A stretch of DNA of 39,163 bases from Kayfunavirus PDP351P4: sequence record OZ035749.1; one strand, given 5' to 3'. A program made the position numbers and the translations under genes. The notes under the pieces were generated by a model, which was not told the DNA's origin, made no database searches, and saw only the letters and a list, made by a program, of their open reading frames with translations. Of the stretch, positions 36,315-39,163 are shown piece by piece; positions within the stretch are counted from its first letter, which is position 1; the number at the start of each line of letters is the position of its first letter.

Positions 36315-38804
36315 ATGTCCACGATTACACAATTCCCTTCAGGAAACACTCAGTACAGGATTGAGTTCGACTACCTAGCCAGAACGTTTGTTGTTGTTAC
36401 GCTGGTGAATAGCTCTAACCTTACCCTGAACCGTGTACTGGAAGTTGGTCGAGATTACCGATTCCTTAATCCAACGATGATTGAGATGCTGGTTGACCAA
36501 TCAGGTTTCGACACCGTTCGTATTCACCGTCAGACTGGAACTGACTTAGTGGTAGACTTCAGGAATGGCTCAGTGTTGACAGCTAGTGACCTGACCAATG
36601 CAGAGCTTCAGGCTATCCATATTGCAGAAGAAGGTCGAGACCAAACGGTTGACTTAGCGAAGGAATATGCTGATGCTGCTGGTATCTCTGCTGGCAACGC
36701 TAAGGATAGCGAGGACGAAGTACGACGAATCGCTGCGAATATCAAGGCATCTGGTCAAATTGGCTATATTGCCCGTCGCTCCTTCGAGAAAGGCTTCAAC
36801 GTTACAACATGGAACGAGGCCCTGCTATGGGAAGAGGATGGTGAGTATTACCGCTGGGATGGCACGCTTCCAAAGAACGTTCCTGCTGGTTCAACTCCTG
36901 AATCATCTGGTGGTATTGGGCTGGGTGCGTGGGTTAGTGTTGGTGATGCGACACTTAGAGGGGAAATCTCTTCTAAATATGGATTATCAATTATTGGTGG
37001 GTTTGAATCAATAGATGATATTAGATCATATTCATCAACAGCCAGCTTGCCAAACGGTGCAAGAGCATTCTTGTTTAGTTTTCATGCTGGTAAAAACACT
37101 GGTGGTGGTGTGTTTCAGTGGTACAGCAACGCGACAACATCCGATGACGGTTTCTCTGTTATTAAGCCATCATCTGTTTCTGGGGCGGGCCGGTGGATTA
37201 ACGTTAAGCGTGGCAGGCTAACTCCGGAAGAATGTGGTTGCGTACCTAATGACCCATCATTTGATAACGGTGTACCACTTAATAGATGGGCATCACAACA
37301 GCACTGTATTGGTTCCGTTGGCGTCTTTTATAAAACAACTGCTTTAATACCCTCACCGCCAGCGTATCCGCAGTATATAGACGCTAAGGGTATGCGGCTG
37401 ATGACTACCGTACCTGACGTAAACGGGCTGGAACTCCCCCCTGCTACGTCCAGACGTATCACTATTGAGGGCCTTGAGTCGTTCGGTGACCCATCATTAA
37501 CAGTAACAAATCGTAATAAAGCCAACGGCTTCTATATCGCAGGTAGCCGTGAAGTTACGTTAAAGAATATTCGCTGTGAGGGGTGGAAAAACTCTGGTGT
37601 CTGGTGGTTTGAAGTCAACAATATGACCATAGACGGTTTTATTGGGTGGAGGAATGATTGGGATGGTTCAACGCTATTCTCCTCTGGCGGTGATTTAGTT
37701 GAATGGACTTCGAGCGCCGGGTTGGCGAAATCATGCAGTATAAATAATTTTGCGTGTTTTTCAGACGGCAGCCAGAGCATTTCAGTAAACTCACTTTCTT
37801 TTGGGAGAAACATATTAATTAGCAATGGACGTTGCTTCACGTATGACGCCACAGATTTTACGCCAAAGACTCGTTCAGATATCAAAGCTCGTCACGGAAT
37901 TACGATAGGTTACAGCTCCAATCAGACATATGGTGGGGGAGTCAAAGTCAGCAATGTCATTATCAGAGATAAGGGATGGACTGGTATTTATCGGTCCGGC
38001 GGCCTAGATGGAGCTGTTCGATACCAACCAGCAACAGTCTCTAACGTTTCCGTGTACGATTGCGGTTTTGGTATAAATCAAGACAACATCGGTGCTGGTA
38101 TTCTGTTCGGTGACGTAGTGGACGGAGACATGATCAACAACTGTTATGTGGAAGGATTCGCTAACGCTAATAACGGTGCGTATAAAATTCAGGATTCTGT
38201 AGGTACAGGTAAGCTGACAATAGCTAACTGTGTTGATAAAAGCTCTGCTGGCTACGGGGTGCATATAGCAACAGAGTCGGTTAACGTAATGGTTATTGGG
38301 CACAGAAGCATAGAACCAACCGGAGCAGGTATTTTTCTTGAGGCAAAAGGCGGCGCAACACTATTCCGGTCGCATACTATTGACGGATGCCGTATTGAGC
38401 GTGTGACGGACGGTTACGGAATATTGTTGTCTAACGGCGTACTTAGCGCAAATATTAAAAACAACGAAATCCGTGGTACTTCTACGAACTCCACAACAAA
38501 CTGTGCTATTCGGGTAAACCAAAACGGGCAAAACATAAATATCAGAGGAAATCAGATTTACGGTTTTGCATACGGGTTGTGGTACAATACCTATGTGGAT
38601 ACCACAACAATATTCCCGTGGGGTAACAACCAATTCTTCGGCTGCATTAACGCACACCGTTTCGCAAGGACGACCGGCACCAGCGTAGCCAAGGTAGAAC
38701 CAAACTACTACGATGGAGGAACTACAAACATGTTCTCCAACGGTGGCGTGGGAACGAGTAACGGAACGGAAGAATTTAGAGTTAATGGTGCTCCTGTGAC
38801 CTAA
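36315..38804 (+). CDS. tail fiber / tailspike: T7 gp17-like N-terminal adaptor fused to a large beta-helix (depolymerase-like) C-terminal domain
   Basis: 829 aa (T7 gp17 is 553); the N-terminal roughly 150 aa align with T7 gp17 (F.YLAR.FVVVTL, LV.DF.NGS.L.A.DL, EEGRD); the remainder is unrelated, rich in N/G/S/T with repeated rung-like segments ([38 protein letters not shown]) and a visibly more AT-rich nucleotide composition. Confidence 0.88.
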   Translation: MSTITQFPSGNTQYRIEFDYLARTFVVVTLVNSSNLTLNRVLEVGRDYRFLNPTMIEMLVDQSGFDTVRIHRQTGTDLVVDFRNGSVLTASDLTNAELQAIHIAEEGRDQTVDLAKEYADAAGISAGNAKDSEDEVRRIAANIKASGQIGYIARRSFEKGFNVTTWNEALLWEEDGEYYRWDGTLPKNVPAGSTPESSGGIGLGAWVSVGDATLRGEISSKYGLSIIGGFESIDDIRSYSSTASLPNGARAFLFSFHAGKNTGGGVFQWYSNATTSDDGFSVIKPSSVSGAGRWINVKRGRLTPEECGCVPNDPSFDNGVPLNRWASQQHCIGSVGVFYKTTALIPSPPAYPQYIDAKGMRLMTTVPDVNGLELPPATSRRITIEGLESFGDPSLTVTNRNKANGFYIAGSREVTLKNIRCEGWKNSGVWWFEVNNMTIDGFIGWRNDWDGSTLFSSGGDLVEWTSSAGLAKSCSINNFACFSDGSQSISVNSLSFGRNILISNGRCFTYDATDFTPKTRSDIKARHGITIGYSSNQTYGGGVKVSNVIIRDKGWTGIYRSGGLDGAVRYQPATVSNVSVYDCGFGINQDNIGAGILFGDVVDGDMINNCYVEGFANANNGAYKIQDSVGTGKLTIANCVDKSSAGYGVHIATESVNVMVIGHRSIEPTGAGIFLEAKGGATLFRSHTIDGCRIERVTDGYGILLSNGVLSANIKNNEIRGTSTNSTTNCAIRVNQNGQNINIRGNQIYGFAYGLWYNTYVDTTTIFPWGNNQFFGCINAHRFARTTGTSVAKVEPNYYDGGTTNMFSNGGVGTSNGTEEFRVNGAPVT

Positions 38805-38810
38805 CAATAA

Positions 38811-38836
38811 CCCAGCTTCGGCGGGTTTTGTTTATC
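38811..38836 (+). terminator. candidate intrinsic terminator after gene 17
   Basis: CCCAGC-TTCG-GCGGG hairpin (UUCG-type loop, one bulge) followed by TTTTGTTTAT. Confidence 0.35.
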
Positions 38837-39001
38837 ATCGGAAGGGTATTGAATCGTCGAAGTCCATCGGCGGTTCGTTGTATCCTTGTGGGCTTTGTTG
38901 TTTTGGTGGTTGATGTTGTGGAGGTAGAGGCTAACTACACGCTGACCAACGTATGGTAACAACTCTGGGTCACGGACGACCCGCTTTAAACTGGAGGTTT
39001 T

Positions 39002-39163
39002 ATGATTGAGTTAGACTTCAAGAATGAGGTCCTTAAAGCCTCTCCTATCGTCGGGACCGCTGCGGCTGATGGTGCCAGTCGGTTCTTCTTCGGACTCACA
39101 CTGAACGAATGGTTCTACGTTGCGGCTATCGCGTACACCGTTGTCCAGATTGGTGTGCTAGTC
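39002..39163 (+). CDS. class II holin (T7 gp17.5-like), 5' portion only; the gene runs off the window end
   Basis: 54 codons in window; FFFGLTLNEWFYVAAIAYTVVQIG matches remembered T7 gp17.5 (LFFGLSLNEWFYVAAIAYTVVQIG); GGAGG RBS. Confidence 0.85.
   Translation, partial: MIELDFKNEVLKASPIVGTAAADGASRFFFGLTLNEWFYVAAIAYTVVQIGVLV

Noticed and set aside
36667-37221. + strand alternate-frame ORFs (115 aa and 68 aa) inside gene 17
   Set aside because: Embedded out of frame within the tailspike coding sequence; low-complexity Leu-rich translations with no RBS.

Overview
The window reads as a near-complete, circularly permuted genome of a T7-like lytic podophage (Autographiviridae, T7 supergroup). All supported genes are on the + strand in canonical T7 order. 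The window opens at gene 18 (small terminase), runs through the spanins, gene 19 (large terminase) and gene 19.5, crosses the genome-end/left-end region (repeats, host-type promoters), then continues through the early genes (ocr/0.3, small early ORFs, gene 1 RNA polymerase), DNA metabolism genes (1.1, 1.2, ligase 1.3, gene 2 RNAP inhibitor, SSB 2.5, endonuclease I, lysozyme 3.5, primase-helicase 4, DNA polymerase 5, exonuclease 6) and the structural genes (6.7, 7.3, portal 8, scaffold 9, capsid 10A/10B, tail tube 11/12, internal virion proteins 13-16, tail fiber/tailspike 17), ending inside the holin gene 17.5. Eleven copies of a conserved phage-RNAP promoter (consensus about TAAACTATCACTATAGG[G/A]A, distinct from the T7 and T3 consensus) sit at positions syntenic with T7 phi promoters, alongside a T-phi-like terminator and a recurring RNase III-site-like hairpin. 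I found no single obviously novel multi-gene system; the most interesting departures from the T7 blueprint are a mosaic gene 17 with a compositionally foreign beta-helix tailspike domain, an endonuclease VII-family gene with atypical codon usage between genes 13 and 14, a DUF3850/ASCH-like gene between genes 11 and 12, a two-gene insertion after gene 1, a gene between endonuclease I and lysozyme, and a phage promoter directly upstream of the RNAP gene. All homology statements come from reading the translations against remembered T7 proteins, not from database searches. No tRNA, CRISPR, integrase or transposase was seen.
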